A stretch of 64,000 nt of DNA from Chloroflexota bacterium (GCA_014360755.1 JACIWX010000003.1:283678-347677); one strand, 5' to 3'. Numbered from the stretch's first letter, positions 37,615 through 47,414 are shown. Made by a program: numbers and translations. Notes: generated by a model from the letters alone, not told the origin.

Positions 37615-38145
37615 ATTCACATCGTCTACTTTGATTTGGAAACGAAATACAGTATTGACGAAGTAGGTGGGCGCTCGAACATCAGAAAATTAGGCATGGC
37701 TGCGGCAGTAATTTATAACACCGCACAGGCTGCTTATCACTATTACACTGAGGAGCAAGCCGCAGATCTCATTGCAGAGCTGAAATCCGCTGCATTGGTA
37801 GTGGGTTATAACCTCCTAGATTTTGACTATGAAGTACTTCGTGCTTACAGCAGCGAGTCTCTGGCAGGCTTACCCACAGTGGATATAATGGAGTACTTGG
37901 CGCGCCGTCTGGGTTTTCGCCCCTCGCTACAGTCCGTTGCGACTGCTACACTGGGCATTGCCAAATCTGCCGATGGACTGCAAGCCATCCACTGGTATCG
38001 CCAGGGCTTGATAGACAAAGTGCTCGAGTACTGTCAGCGTGATGTGGAGATAACGAAGAACTTGTACGAATATGGCCAAGTCCACAAGGTGGTCTATTGT
38101 TGGGATAGGCAATATCGGCGGCGCATGGTCCCAGTCAATTGGTAA
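37615..38145 (+). CDS. DEDD-family 3'-5' exonuclease domain protein (start codon uncertain; possible ATT start or frameshift)
   Basis: Exo motif I FDLET spans the TTG used as start by the ORF track (37636). There is an in-frame stop at 37594-37596 and no canonical start in between. GGAGG at 37603-37607 would serve an ATT at 37615. Downstream YNLL.FDYEVL and CQRDVEITKNLYEY fit the DnaQ-like fold. Confidence 0.45.
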   Translation: MHIVYFDLETKYSIDEVGGRSNIRKLGMAAAVIYNTAQAAYHYYTEEQAADLIAELKSAALVVGYNLLDFDYEVLRAYSSESLAGLPTVDIMEYLARRLGFRPSLQSVATATLGIAKSADGLQAIHWYRQGLIDKVLEYCQRDVEITKNLYEYGQVHKVVYCWDRQYRRRMVPVNW

Positions 38146-38189
38146 CCCAGCGGTGAAGGGAGGAGGCTGGCAAGACCAGGCCAAAGCCA

Positions 38190-39152
38190 ATGGATATCAA
38201 GATGCTGGATATGGAGTTTGAACCTGCTTATCTGCGCTTGCTGCGCAGTGGAGAATTGAAAAAGCGTGTCACAGAGGCATACCGCCGCTTGGAAGCTTGT
38301 GACATCTGCCCACGTGAATGTGGCGTCAACCGACGGCAAAGCGCCAAAGGCGCGGTTTGCCGCACAGGCGAGCGTGCCCTTGTTTGTAGTTATCATCCAC
38401 ACTTTGGCGAAGAAGCGCCTCTGGTAGGAACGAGAGGTTCAGGGACCATTTTCTTCACCTGGTGCAACTTGAAATGCCAGTATTGCCAGAACTATGAAAT
38501 CAGCCAGCTCGGCGAAGGTCGGGAAGTCGAACCAGAGCAACTCGCTGCGATGATGCTGCATTTACAGGAAATGGGGTGCCATAACATTAACTTTGTCTCG
38601 CCCACGCATGTCGTGCCGCAGATCCTGGCGGGTGTGTTGATCGCCGCAGGGGCAGGCCTGCGCATCCCCTTGGTTTACAACACGGGCGGCTACGACTCGC
38701 TGAAGACACTGGCTTTATTGGATGGCGTGTTCGATATTTACATGCCCGATATGAAATATTCTGATGAAGCCATCGCTCAACGGCTGTCCAAGGTCAAGAA
38801 CTATCCAGCCATCAACCGCGCTGCTGTGGCGGAAATGCACAGACAAGTTGGGGATCTCTACTTGGATGAGCGTGGCATTGCCCTGCGCGGCTTGTTGGTA
38901 CGCCATCTGGTGTTGCCAGGAGGGTTGGCAGGGACTGCGGAAATTGTGCGCTTTTTAGCGGAGGAAATCTCCCCCAATACTTATCTGAATATTATGGATC
39001 AGTACCGTCCCTGTTACAAAGCACACGAATATCCGGAACTGAACCGCCGCATCACTCCAGAAGAATACGCTGAAGCCGTCCGCCTAGCCCAGGAAGCTGG
39101 TTTGCACCGCCTCGATGACCGCCAAGCCAGGTTCTTTTTTCTGTGGAATTAG
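38190..39152 (+). CDS. radical SAM enzyme, PflX/YjjW-like family
   Basis: CNLKCQYC CX3CX2C cluster, upstream Cys pair (CDICPREC), and GGYD and hydrophobic barrel pattern typical of PflX-type activases. Confidence 0.7.
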   Translation: MDIKMLDMEFEPAYLRLLRSGELKKRVTEAYRRLEACDICPRECGVNRRQSAKGAVCRTGERALVCSYHPHFGEEAPLVGTRGSGTIFFTWCNLKCQYCQNYEISQLGEGREVEPEQLAAMMLHLQEMGCHNINFVSPTHVVPQILAGVLIAAGAGLRIPLVYNTGGYDSLKTLALLDGVFDIYMPDMKYSDEAIAQRLSKVKNYPAINRAAVAEMHRQVGDLYLDERGIALRGLLVRHLVLPGGLAGTAEIVRFLAEEISPNTYLNIMDQYRPCYKAHEYPELNRRITPEEYAEAVRLAQEAGLHRLDDRQARFFFLWN

Positions 39153-39163
39153 CCTGCTTGCCA

Positions 39164-39340
39164 GAGGGTGTTGAAAAAGCTCTTCCAATGTCATGCTGAA
39201 CCTTCGCGCTGAGCAAAGCGAAGGGGAAGTGAAGCATCTCCCAGTACTTGGGGAAATACAGCTAAAGTTACGCGAGACCCCTTCGTTGTACTCAGGGCAG
39301 GCTCTTCGCTTCGCTCAGGGAGAAAAGATTTTCAACACTC
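39164..39340 (+). mobile_element. MITE-like element, copy 2
   Basis: TIRs GAGGGTGTTGAAAA ... TTTTCAACACTC. Flanking direct repeats (C)TTGCCA at 39157-39163 and 39341-39346. Internal long imperfect palindrome (CTGAGCAAAGCGAAGG / CTTCGCTTCGCTCAG). Confidence 0.7.
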
Positions 39341-39433
39341 TCTTGCCATTGCTATCCCTCGAAGAATTGTCTTGCCTTTCCATTTTGGCAAGAAGCCACA
39401 ATTTGGTTATAATCTTCACCAGTTTGTGAGAGG

Positions 39434-39721
39434 GTGAGTATGCCGGATACAGTGCGATTGCATGCCAGGGTATACGGCCTGGTCCAAGGTGTGAGTTTCC
39501 GCTACTATACCTTGCGTAAGGCGCAAACGTTGGGGCTGACTGGCTATGTGCGGAATCGCTGGGATGGCAGTGTCGAGGTCGTAGCAGAGGGCGAACGCGC
39601 GGCGGTAGATCAACTGCTGTCCTGGTTACATGTGGGTCCACCTTCCGCTGAAGTGGAACGTGTTGAGTTTGAGTGGCAAAAACCACTGGGCGAGTTCAGG
39701 CAGTTTGAGGTGCGATTCTAA
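39434..39721 (+). CDS. acyP: acylphosphatase
   Basis: [14 protein letters not shown]...[13 protein letters not shown] is the acylphosphatase signature. 95 aa. Confidence 0.8.
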   Translation: MSMPDTVRLHARVYGLVQGVSFRYYTLRKAQTLGLTGYVRNRWDGSVEVVAEGERAAVDQLLSWLHVGPPSAEVERVEFEWQKPLGEFRQFEVRF

Positions 39722-40944
39722 TGCGTCGCAACCCAGAACGTCTAGCCTGGGCGGTCCTGTGGATCTCCTTTGCACTCTTCTGCACATTGACCATCTCCAT
39801 CCCCTTGGGCATCCGTTGGTACCTGACCCATGCCACAAAAGCCTATGAAGCAAAGGTCACTTGCCTCGAAGGTACAGCGGTTGTGGAAGATCCACAACAT
39901 GGTACTGCGAAACCTGTGCTGAAAGGTGAGACTATCTCGATACCCGAAGGCACGGTGGTAAGCGTAGATGAAACAGCCCAGGCCGTCGTCACCTTCTTCG
40001 ATCAATCCTTCGTGCGCCTTTTTCCTCGAACTAGCATCGCCATACAACGCATGCGCACGCCGCGCTTCAATGCAAGTCCACTCCCTGCCCAAATTGTGAT
40101 CTACGCCAAAGGTGGAAGGCTCTGGGCAAGCACTGTGCTCCGCGGATCTTCCCCTGTAGAATTCCGCGTGGAAAGCCTACAAGCGCATACCGTGCTTGCC
40201 GAAGATGGTGGCTACACCGTAGAGGTGAGCAACGAACGCACAGAAGTGATTGTGCATCGTGGGATGGCAGAGATTTCAGCAGCCTCGCTCTCTCAGCCAA
40301 GTGCTGCAGCCAAGGTAACTCTTAGTTCGCGACAGCGTACGGTGGTGGAAATTGGCAAACCACCACTGGCTCCGCTAAAGGCTGAGCGCGATTTGCTCGT
40401 CAATGGCGATTTCACAGCCCCATTGAGCACAGGGTGGACCGCTTTCAACGACCAAGGTGGCGATGGCGGCGAAGTAGATGGCACGGTGTCACTAGTGGTA
40501 GATGAAGGACGACGGGCGGTGCGCTTCTACCGTACTGGCGGTGAGTACAACCACTGCGAAACAATCATTGAACAAGAACTCAACCGGGATTTGCCCGAAC
40601 CCCTCACTATCCTCAAAGTGCGGGCAACGATCAAACTAGTCTATCAAAGCCTGTCTGGAGGAGGCTATCTCAGTTCCGAATATCCCTTAATGATCCGTAT
40701 TCGATACCGAGACAAGTACCTCAGCGAAAACGAATGGATTCGTGGCTTTTACTATCAGAACGTAAATAATAACCCAACGATGAATGGCCAGGAGATACCG
40801 CAAAACAAATGGTATTTCTATGAATCGGAGAACCTGTTAGATATCTTGCCCATCGCTCCCCGTCAAATCTTGTGGCTGCGCGTGTATGCGTCGGGTTGGA
40901 GCTATGAAAGCCTGGTTTCACAGATCAGTCTGATTGTTGAGTAA
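39721..40944 (+). CDS. hypothetical membrane-anchored protein with FecR-like beta domain (low confidence)
   Basis: N-terminal TM helix. ISIPEGTVVSVDETAQAVVTFFDQSFVRLFPRTSIAI resembles a FecR/anti-sigma sensor domain. The C-terminal 200 aa are unassigned. Confidence 0.4.
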   Translation: MRRNPERLAWAVLWISFALFCTLTISIPLGIRWYLTHATKAYEAKVTCLEGTAVVEDPQHGTAKPVLKGETISIPEGTVVSVDETAQAVVTFFDQSFVRLFPRTSIAIQRMRTPRFNASPLPAQIVIYAKGGRLWASTVLRGSSPVEFRVESLQAHTVLAEDGGYTVEVSNERTEVIVHRGMAEISAASLSQPSAAAKVTLSSRQRTVVEIGKPPLAPLKAERDLLVNGDFTAPLSTGWTAFNDQGGDGGEVDGTVSLVVDEGRRAVRFYRTGGEYNHCETIIEQELNRDLPEPLTILKVRATIKLVYQSLSGGGYLSSEYPLMIRIRYRDKYLSENEWIRGFYYQNVNNNPTMNGQEIPQNKWYFYESENLLDILPIAPRQILWLRVYASGWSYESLVSQISLIVE

Positions 40945-40997
40945 GAGCGCATGAAAGGCTCTGTGCAAAGACGACAAAATAGACAAAGGAGGTCACA

Positions 40998-41621
40998 ATG
41001 CTCAGCGAGAAATCTGTGCGTATCTTTCTGGATGAACTCGCCAGTTCAGCACCGGCTCCCGGTGGTGGCAGTGCCGCCGCTTTGGCTGCTGCTATTGGCG
41101 CCGCACTGGTGAGCATGGTCGCAAACCTGACTGTGGGCAAGAAGGATTATACCCATGTCCAGGATGACATCCAGCGTATTCTGAAGCGTTCAGAAGAACT
41201 ACGCCACAAATGCCTGGAATTGCTGGAAGGAGATGTCGCTGCTTACACTGAGGTATCTCTCGCCTATAAGATGCCCCGTGACACCGAGGAGCAGAAAGCA
41301 GCGCGTAGTGCCGCTATCCAAAAGGCACTGAAAACCGCTACCGCCGTTCCGATGGAACTTGCCGAGGCTTGCGTAGAAATCTTGAATTTGTGCCCGGAAA
41401 GCGCAGAAAAGGGCAACGTGCGTGCCGTCAGCGACGTAGGTGTGGGAGCGCTGATGGCCGAGGCAGCCTTGCGCGCTGCGGCACTGAATGTGTTGATTAA
41501 CCTGGGCAGTATCAAAGACGAGTCCTTTGTGCAGCAAACCCGTGCACGGCTGAACGCGCTTTTGGAGGGCAAAGCCGAATTGAAGGAGAAAATCCTCAAG
41601 GATGTGGAAGCCAAGTTATAA
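40998..41621 (+). CDS. fchA: methenyltetrahydrofolate cyclohydrolase (cyclodeaminase/cyclohydrolase FTCD-C family, FchA-like)
   Basis: FLDELASSAPAPGGGSAAALAAAIGAALVSMVANLT...DVAAY is a formiminotransferase-cyclodeaminase C-domain fold. It sits directly upstream of folD and fhs. Confidence 0.7.
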   Translation: MLSEKSVRIFLDELASSAPAPGGGSAAALAAAIGAALVSMVANLTVGKKDYTHVQDDIQRILKRSEELRHKCLELLEGDVAAYTEVSLAYKMPRDTEEQKAARSAAIQKALKTATAVPMELAEACVEILNLCPESAEKGNVRAVSDVGVGALMAEAALRAAALNVLINLGSIKDESFVQQTRARLNALLEGKAELKEKILKDVEAKL

Positions 41622-41713
41622 GCCACCGGTGAACGTGGTGGCTTGTGCCTTTGTCATTGCCCCGAGTACTTGTACCTAGAAACGGAATTCCGAGATTGAG
41701 AAAGGAGAGCAAG

Positions 41714-42601
41714 ATGACGGCAACGATTCTGAATGGTCGCGAATTAGCCAAGACAATGCAGGAAGAGATCAGCGCTGAGGTTGCAGCGTTCAAAGCCCGC
41801 TACAATGTGGTGCCGACCATCGCGGTAGTGCGGGCGGGCGAGGACCCCGCTTCGGTCAGTTATGGCAAAGCCATCGAAAAAGCGTTTACTGGCCGTGGAA
41901 TGGGATTCGCCTTGCATACCTTGCCGGAAACAGCAACACAGGATGAGATTGTGGCGCTGGTCGCTAGATTGAACGCAGATCCGGATGTCCATGGCATCAT
42001 GGTGCAAGAGCCGCTGCCTAAGGGCGTCAACGAAGCAGCGGTGAAGGAAATCCTTTCTCCTGATAAGGATGTAGATGGCGTGCATCCCGTGAATGCTGGC
42101 CGATTGGCTCAGGTCGCTCCAGTAGGACGCCCACCTATGGTCGAACCTTTCTTCGTCCCCGCTACTCCAGCTGGCGGGCTGGAGATACTGAAGCGGTATA
42201 ACGTCTCCTTGCAGGGGAAACACGCTGTGGTAGTGGGCCGCTCCAACATCGTCGGCAAGCCGATGGCGATGCTCCTCTTGCGCGAGAATGCAACGGTAAC
42301 CATTTGCCACTCACAGACAACCGATTTGGCTGCTGTGTGCCGCAGTGGTGACATCCTCTGTGCCGCTGTGGGAAGGGCAAAAATGATCAAGGGTGATTGG
42401 ATCAAGCCTGGCGCTGTAGTCATTGACTTTGGCGTTAACTTTGTGGATGGCCAGATGTGTGGTGATGTAGATTTTGAAGCAGCGCAAGAGGTAGCAGGGA
42501 TGATCACCCCCGTACCGGGCGGTACGGGCCCGATGACCAACATCATGCTGATGCGCAATGTTCTGGAAGCTGCCCAAAGGCAGTTGAAGGAGAAGGCCTG
42601 A
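41714..42601 (+). CDS. folD: bifunctional 5,10-methylene-THF dehydrogenase / 5,10-methenyl-THF cyclohydrolase
   Basis: FolD motifs (ILNGRELA, KDVDG, GAGRSNIVGKPMAMLL). ATG at 41714 after GGAGAGCAAG. The ORF-track start at 41645 is probably too far upstream. Confidence 0.9.
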   Translation: MTATILNGRELAKTMQEEISAEVAAFKARYNVVPTIAVVRAGEDPASVSYGKAIEKAFTGRGMGFALHTLPETATQDEIVALVARLNADPDVHGIMVQEPLPKGVNEAAVKEILSPDKDVDGVHPVNAGRLAQVAPVGRPPMVEPFFVPATPAGGLEILKRYNVSLQGKHAVVVGRSNIVGKPMAMLLLRENATVTICHSQTTDLAAVCRSGDILCAAVGRAKMIKGDWIKPGAVVIDFGVNFVDGQMCGDVDFEAAQEVAGMITPVPGGTGPMTNIMLMRNVLEAAQRQLKEKA

Positions 42602-42692
42602 TAGCCCTGTTTGACAATGTCAGCAAGCTGTGGTAAGATTTGCGGCAGCTGCGGTAGTGAAAGATTTCACAATTAGGCACAGTGCAGGGAAT

Positions 42693-42846
42693 GAGAGTGT
42701 TGAAAAAGCCTTTCCAATGTCATGCTGAACGGAGTGAAGCATCTCGCAGTACTTGGGGAAAGAGGCTAAAGTTACGCGAGACCTCTTCGTTGCACTTAGG
42801 GCAGGCTCTTCGCTTCGCTCAAGGTGACAAGATTTTCCACACTCTC
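42693..42846 (+). mobile_element. MITE-like element, copy 3 (shortest), inserted between folD and fhs
   Basis: TIRs GAGAGTGTTGAAAA ... TTTTCCACACTCTC. Perfect 8-bp target-site duplication CAGGGAAT at 42685-42692 and 42846-42853 (C42846 is ambiguous between TIR and TSD). Confidence 0.7.
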
Positions 42847-43030
42847 AGGGAATTCGAGGCATTCAGTGTAATAGGATGCCAGTATTGTAACCCACGCGGG
42901 CGGTTTAGAGGGGTAGTTCCCCTTTGGGTGTTCTTGCCAATCTGAGTTCCGATCAAGCGCAGTTCCTTTATTTCACAATGCGTTTGATTTGTATATTCAA
43001 ATACATGATTGCACAAAGGAGGCAACAAAT

Positions 43031-44899
43031 ATGATCGTTGAAGTCAAGTCCCCAGTACCGAGCGATATTGAAATTGCTCAGGCAGCTAAGCTGCGACCTA
43101 TCCGCGAGGTGGCCGAAGAGTTGGGCCTCTCAGAAGATGACCTTGACCTCTATGGCAAGTACAAAGCCAAGGTCCATCTAGACGTGCTAGAGCGCCTGAA
43201 GGACCGCCCCAACGCCAAGTACATTGATGTAACCGCCATTACCCCCACCCCGCTTGGCGAAGGGAAAACGGTAACCACCATCAGCCTCAGCCAAGGCCTG
43301 CACTATATCGGCAAGAAAGTCTTCACCTGCATCCGGCAACCCTCACAAGGTCCCACCTTCGGCATCAAGGGAGGTGCGGCCGGCGGTGGTTATGCCCAAA
43401 TCGTCCCAATGGAAGACTTTAACTTGCATCTCACCGGCGATATCCATGCCGTAGGTGCAGCCAACAACTTGCTTGCTGCTGCCATTGATGCCCGCATCAT
43501 GCACGAGGACGAGATGAGCGATGAGAGGCTGCTCAAAGCCCTCTGCCCAGATGACAAGTTCGCCCCGTGGATGTATAAGCGGCTCCAGAAGCTGGGCATC
43601 CAGGCGGAAAAACCATCCGACCTGAGTCCAGAGGACCGGCGGCGCTTCGCCCGTCTGGACATTGACCCCTACAGCATTACTCTAAACCGCGTCATTGACA
43701 TCAATGACCGCGCGATCCGCAATGTGGTTATTGGCTTGGGCACCAAAGGCGACGGACGGCCTCGCCAGACCGGCTTTGATATCACGGTCGCAAGCGAAGT
43801 GATGGCCATCCTGGCTTTGGCTACCAGCCTAAAGGACTTGCGTGAACGCATCGGGCGTATGGTCATCGGCACGGACAAGAACCGTAATCCGATCACAGCT
43901 GAGGACTTGGGCGTGGCTGGCGCCATGACGGTTCTACTCAAGGATGCGCTGATGCCTAACCTGATGCAGACCTTGGCAGGTACCCCCGCTTTCGTGCACG
44001 CCGGGCCATTTGCCAACATTGCCCACGGCAATAACTCGATCATCGCGGACATGATTGGGCTGAAACTAGTCTCAGGCGGCTACTTGGTCACAGAATCCGG
44101 ATTCGGTGCGGACTGTGGCATGGAGAAATTCTTCGACATCAAGTGCCGCTACAGCGGGCTGATACCCAACTGCGTGGTGATGGTCGCCTCCATCCGTGCT
44201 CTGAAGATGCACGGCGGTGGTCCGAGAGTGGTTGCAGGCGTGCCCCTGAACCCAGCATATAAACAAGAGAACCTCGAGTTGCTAGAAAAGGGCCTTTGCA
44301 ACCTAGAAGCCAATATCAAGATCGCCCTCAAATTCGGCATCCCTGTCGTAGTAAGCATTAACAAGTTCACTACAGATACGGACAGAGAGATCGCCCTCGT
44401 AAAAGAGGCGGCCATAGCTGCTGGCGCAGAAACGGCTGTGGTCAATGAGGGTTGGGCGAAAGGCGAGGCGGGTGCTGCTGAATTGGCTGAAGCTGTGGTG
44501 GCCGCCTGCGAAAAACCCAGCAACTTCCGATTCCTTTACCCGCTGGATATCCCAATCAAGGACAAGATCGAGATCATCGCCAAAGAAATCTATGGTGCTG
44601 ATGGCGTCATCTTTGAAGCGGCAGCCCAGCAAAAAATCAAACTCTATACCGAACTCGGGTACGACAAACTGCCCATTAATATGGCTAAGACGCACCTATC
44701 ACTGTCTCACAACCCAGATTGGAAAGGTGTGCCCAAGGGCTATATGCTGCCCGTGCGCGATATCCGGGCCTCGGTCGGCGCAGGATTCCTATATCCGCTC
44801 TGCGGAGCCATGCGCACCATGCCCGGACTGCCATCTCGCCCAGTGTTCATGGACATTGACATTGACGTAGAGACTGGCAAAGTCATCGGACTTTCATAA
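43031..44899 (+). CDS. fhs: formate--tetrahydrofolate ligase
   Basis: [24 protein letters not shown]-loop and 623-aa length. ATG at 43031 after AAAGGAGG. Confidence 0.9.
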   Translation: MIVEVKSPVPSDIEIAQAAKLRPIREVAEELGLSEDDLDLYGKYKAKVHLDVLERLKDRPNAKYIDVTAITPTPLGEGKTVTTISLSQGLHYIGKKVFTCIRQPSQGPTFGIKGGAAGGGYAQIVPMEDFNLHLTGDIHAVGAANNLLAAAIDARIMHEDEMSDERLLKALCPDDKFAPWMYKRLQKLGIQAEKPSDLSPEDRRRFARLDIDPYSITLNRVIDINDRAIRNVVIGLGTKGDGRPRQTGFDITVASEVMAILALATSLKDLRERIGRMVIGTDKNRNPITAEDLGVAGAMTVLLKDALMPNLMQTLAGTPAFVHAGPFANIAHGNNSIIADMIGLKLVSGGYLVTESGFGADCGMEKFFDIKCRYSGLIPNCVVMVASIRALKMHGGGPRVVAGVPLNPAYKQENLELLEKGLCNLEANIKIALKFGIPVVVSINKFTTDTDREIALVKEAAIAAGAETAVVNEGWAKGEAGAAELAEAVVAACEKPSNFRFLYPLDIPIKDKIEIIAKEIYGADGVIFEAAAQQKIKLYTELGYDKLPINMAKTHLSLSHNPDWKGVPKGYMLPVRDIRASVGAGFLYPLCGAMRTMPGLPSRPVFMDIDIDVETGKVIGLS

Positions 44900-44911
44900 G
44901 CCTTTGGGAAG

Positions 44912-44946
44912 AGAGGTGGAGGAGTAATGCTCCTCCACCTCTTTGG
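44912..44946 (+). terminator. putative intrinsic terminator after fhs
   Basis: 13-bp perfect stem AGAGGTGGAGGAG / CTCCTCCACCTCT with loop TAATG, followed by a short U tract (TTTGG). Confidence 0.45.
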
Positions 44947-44964
44947 CAGCCCTTGGGAGCATTC

Positions 44965-44992
44965 TTCAAAACGCACTTATCTGCTGTATAAT
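44965..44992 (+). promoter_or_regulatory. putative sigma70 promoter of the acs (CODH/ACS) operon
   Basis: TTCAAA (44965-44970), 16-bp spacer, perfect TATAAT (44987-44992), about 70 nt upstream of the first gene's GTG. Confidence 0.45.
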
Positions 44993-45002
44993 TCATCTAA
45001 TA

Positions 45003-45017
45003 GGATAATTTTTATCC
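45003..45017 (+). promoter_or_regulatory. perfect palindrome GGATAA-TTT-TTATCC at +4..+19 of the acs promoter (candidate operator)
   Basis: 15-bp perfect palindrome immediately downstream of the predicted -10. Confidence 0.3.
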
Positions 45018-45064
45018 ACATGCGGTTCTGCAGCGACCGCACAGCAAACTGAAGGAGGGGAAAA

Positions 45065-45403
45065 GTGCCAGTGGGAAAAGTAGTTTTCGATGTGCCGAAA
45101 ATGTACGCCGATCACCACGTTGAGGCAGTGCGCAAGGCTCTGCTAGCATTGCCGGGCATTGAGGAGATTATAGCCAGCAGCGCCCTAAAGCGCGTGGTGG
45201 TTCGTTACGATACAGAGCGCCTCAACCCAGGCGCAATCGAACAAGCCTTGCAGGCTGCAGGGTATGCGCCAGGAGAGGAGTGGGAACTACCCAAGTTACC
45301 GGAAGGCAAAGAAGACCATTCTCCATGGTTCCAGGTCATCCCAAGGGTAACGACAACGGATAGGCGCGATCTGGAGATGTCCGGAGATTTCCGAAAATAT
45401 TAA
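45065..45403 (+). CDS. HMA-fold (ferredoxin-like beta-alpha-beta-beta-alpha-beta) small protein lacking CxxC; candidate metallochaperone of the acs operon
   Basis: GTG start 5 nt after GAAGGAGGGG. VVFDVPKMYADHHVEAVRKALLALPGIEEI...VVVRYDTERLNPGAIEQALQAAGYAP matches heavy-metal-associated domain topology with M-T-C-x-x-C replaced by M-Y-A-D-H-H. It is the first gene of the operon, directly upstream of cooS. Confidence 0.5.
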   Translation: MPVGKVVFDVPKMYADHHVEAVRKALLALPGIEEIIASSALKRVVVRYDTERLNPGAIEQALQAAGYAPGEEWELPKLPEGKEDHSPWFQVIPRVTTTDRRDLEMSGDFRKY

Positions 45404-45446
45404 ATTTTGCAGTTGCTTGAGATTTCATGAGAAGGAGCAAGATCCG

Positions 45447-47414
45447 ATGACAGACCAAAAATCTATAGACCCAGCGGTGTGCGATTTGCTGGAGATATGT
45501 GAATCCGAAGGCATTTCCACCGCTTTTGACCGCGCAGAGCAGATGAAACCATGCCCGATTGGTAGCAAAGGGGCTTGTTGCAAGAACTGCGCCATGGGTC
45601 CCTGCCGTCTCACCAAAGAGGGCCAAGTAGGCATTTGCGGAGCTACCATTGACACCGTCGCAGCGCGCAACTTTGCACGCATGGTTGCGGCTGGTTCGGC
45701 TGCCCATTCCGACCACGGTCGGGACATGGCGTTGACTCTTTTGGCAGCGGCTACAGGGCATGCTCCAGATTACAAGATACGCGATGTGCGCAAACTCTAT
45801 GAGGTTGCCTCATTCCTGGACGTGAAAACAGATGGCCGCCCAGTCAATGATATCGCTAAGGAGGTGGCTGAGAAGGCGCTGATTGAATTTGGCCGCCAGC
45901 AAGGGAATATCATCTACCTCCAACGCGCACCGCGTAAGCGTCAGCAAATTTGGCAAAACCTGGGCATTGCCCCACGCGGGATTGACCGCGAAGTGGTGGA
46001 TATCATGCACCGCACCCATGCTGGAAACGATCAGGATTATAAGAGTTTGCTGATGTCCTCGCTGCGCACTGCCCTGGCTGACGGCTGGGGTGGTTCGATG
46101 CTTTCCACCGACATTACGGACATCCTCTTTGGCTCTCCTGTGCCGCTTGCGGCCAGGGCGAACATGGGCAACCTTAGCGAAGACCAGGTGAACATTGTCG
46201 TCCATGGCCATGAGCCAACCCTGTCCGAAATGATCCTAGTGGCGGTCAATGACCCGGAGATGATCGAATATGCTAAATCCAAGGGCGCCAAAGGCATCAA
46301 CCTAACCGGCATTTGTTGTACCGCCAACGAAACGTTGATGCGTCAGGGCGTGCCCACTATTGGCAATTTCCTCAGCCAGGAACTGGCAATTGCCACCGGT
46401 GCGATAGACCTGATGGTGGTGGATATCCAGTGCATCATGCAAGCCTTGGCTCCTCTGACCAAGCAGTTCCATACCCTCTTGGTGACCACTTCTGCAAAGG
46501 CGCACATTGACGGTGTTACTCATATCGAATTCGACGAGCACCGCGCTCTGGAAATTGCCAAGAATATCGTCAAAATGGGCATTGACAATTTCGTCAACCG
46601 CGGGGATGTGCATATTCCCAAAGATATTGACCAAATGGTCGTTGGTTTCTCACACGAGTATATCAACTACGCCTTGGGCGGTTTTTACCGTGGTTCCTTC
46701 CGTCCCTTGAATGATGCCGTCATCCAGGGGCGGCTGCGCGGCGTTGCGGGGGTGGTGGGGTGCAATAATGCGCGCACTTGCCAGGATGCAGCCCATACGT
46801 ATATTGTGCGCGAACTGATCAAGAACGATGTGCTAGTCGTGATGACTGGGTGCGGAGCAATCGCTTGCGCCAAATATGGCTTCCTGTCTCCGGAGGCAGC
46901 GCAGTACGCCGGACCAGGCTTGCGCGAGATCTGCGAGGCGGTGGGCATCCCGCCGGTGCTGCATATGGGCAGTTGCGTGGATAACACGCGTATCCTCACT
47001 GTGCTCAGCCAAATGGCCACCGAAGGCGGCTTGGGCGAAGACATTGCTGACATCCCAGGCGTTGGCTTTGCCCCGGAATGGATGAGTGAAAAAGCTATTT
47101 CCATTGGTTGTTACTTTGTCGGTTCTGGCGTATACACCATCTTTGGCAGCGAATCGCCTGTAGCCAACAGCCCCGCTGTGGTGCGCTTTATGAGCGAGGG
47201 TTGGGAAGAACACGTGGGCGGCAAGTTGGAATTTATCCCTGATCCAGAGGAAGCCGTCCGCAAAGCCTTGGAGCACATTGATAAGAAACGCGCTGCTCTA
47301 GGGTTAGTAGAGTACGACCCCACACGTTATGGTCAGAGCGGCGATGCGCTTATGCTCAAGCTGCTAGAGAAGGTAGAAGAGGGGACGCTCAACCTATACA
47401 GCGCCAAGTTATAG
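45447..47414 (+). CDS. cooS: carbon monoxide dehydrogenase catalytic subunit (Ni,Fe-CODH; AcsA/CooS)
   Basis: N-terminal B- and D-cluster Cys (CPIGSKGACCKNCAMGPCR) and C-cluster ligands (HGHEP..., CTGC...). 655 aa. ATG at 45447 after GAGAAGGAG. Confidence 0.9.
   Translation: MTDQKSIDPAVCDLLEICESEGISTAFDRAEQMKPCPIGSKGACCKNCAMGPCRLTKEGQVGICGATIDTVAARNFARMVAAGSAAHSDHGRDMALTLLAAATGHAPDYKIRDVRKLYEVASFLDVKTDGRPVNDIAKEVAEKALIEFGRQQGNIIYLQRAPRKRQQIWQNLGIAPRGIDREVVDIMHRTHAGNDQDYKSLLMSSLRTALADGWGGSMLSTDITDILFGSPVPLAARANMGNLSEDQVNIVVHGHEPTLSEMILVAVNDPEMIEYAKSKGAKGINLTGICCTANETLMRQGVPTIGNFLSQELAIATGAIDLMVVDIQCIMQALAPLTKQFHTLLVTTSAKAHIDGVTHIEFDEHRALEIAKNIVKMGIDNFVNRGDVHIPKDIDQMVVGFSHEYINYALGGFYRGSFRPLNDAVIQGRLRGVAGVVGCNNARTCQDAAHTYIVRELIKNDVLVVMTGCGAIACAKYGFLSPEAAQYAGPGLREICEAVGIPPVLHMGSCVDNTRILTVLSQMATEGGLGEDIADIPGVGFAPEWMSEKAISIGCYFVGSGVYTIFGSESPVANSPAVVRFMSEGWEEHVGGKLEFIPDPEEAVRKALEHIDKKRAALGLVEYDPTRYGQSGDALMLKLLEKVEEGTLNLYSAKL

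Noticed and set aside
42850-43030. ZTP (pfl) or THF riboswitch upstream of fhs, as often found with fhs, folD and purH in Firmicutes.
   Set aside because: The conserved GGGTCGTGACTGGCG ... CCGACCGCCTGGGC elements are not present in the leader. Only a short GGGGTAGTTCCCC hairpin.
45012-45020. Perfect DnaA box TTATCCACA in the acs promoter region.
   Set aside because: Single isolated 9-mer, with no cluster of DnaA boxes or AT-rich DUE. It is better explained as one arm of the GGATAATTTTTATCC palindrome.
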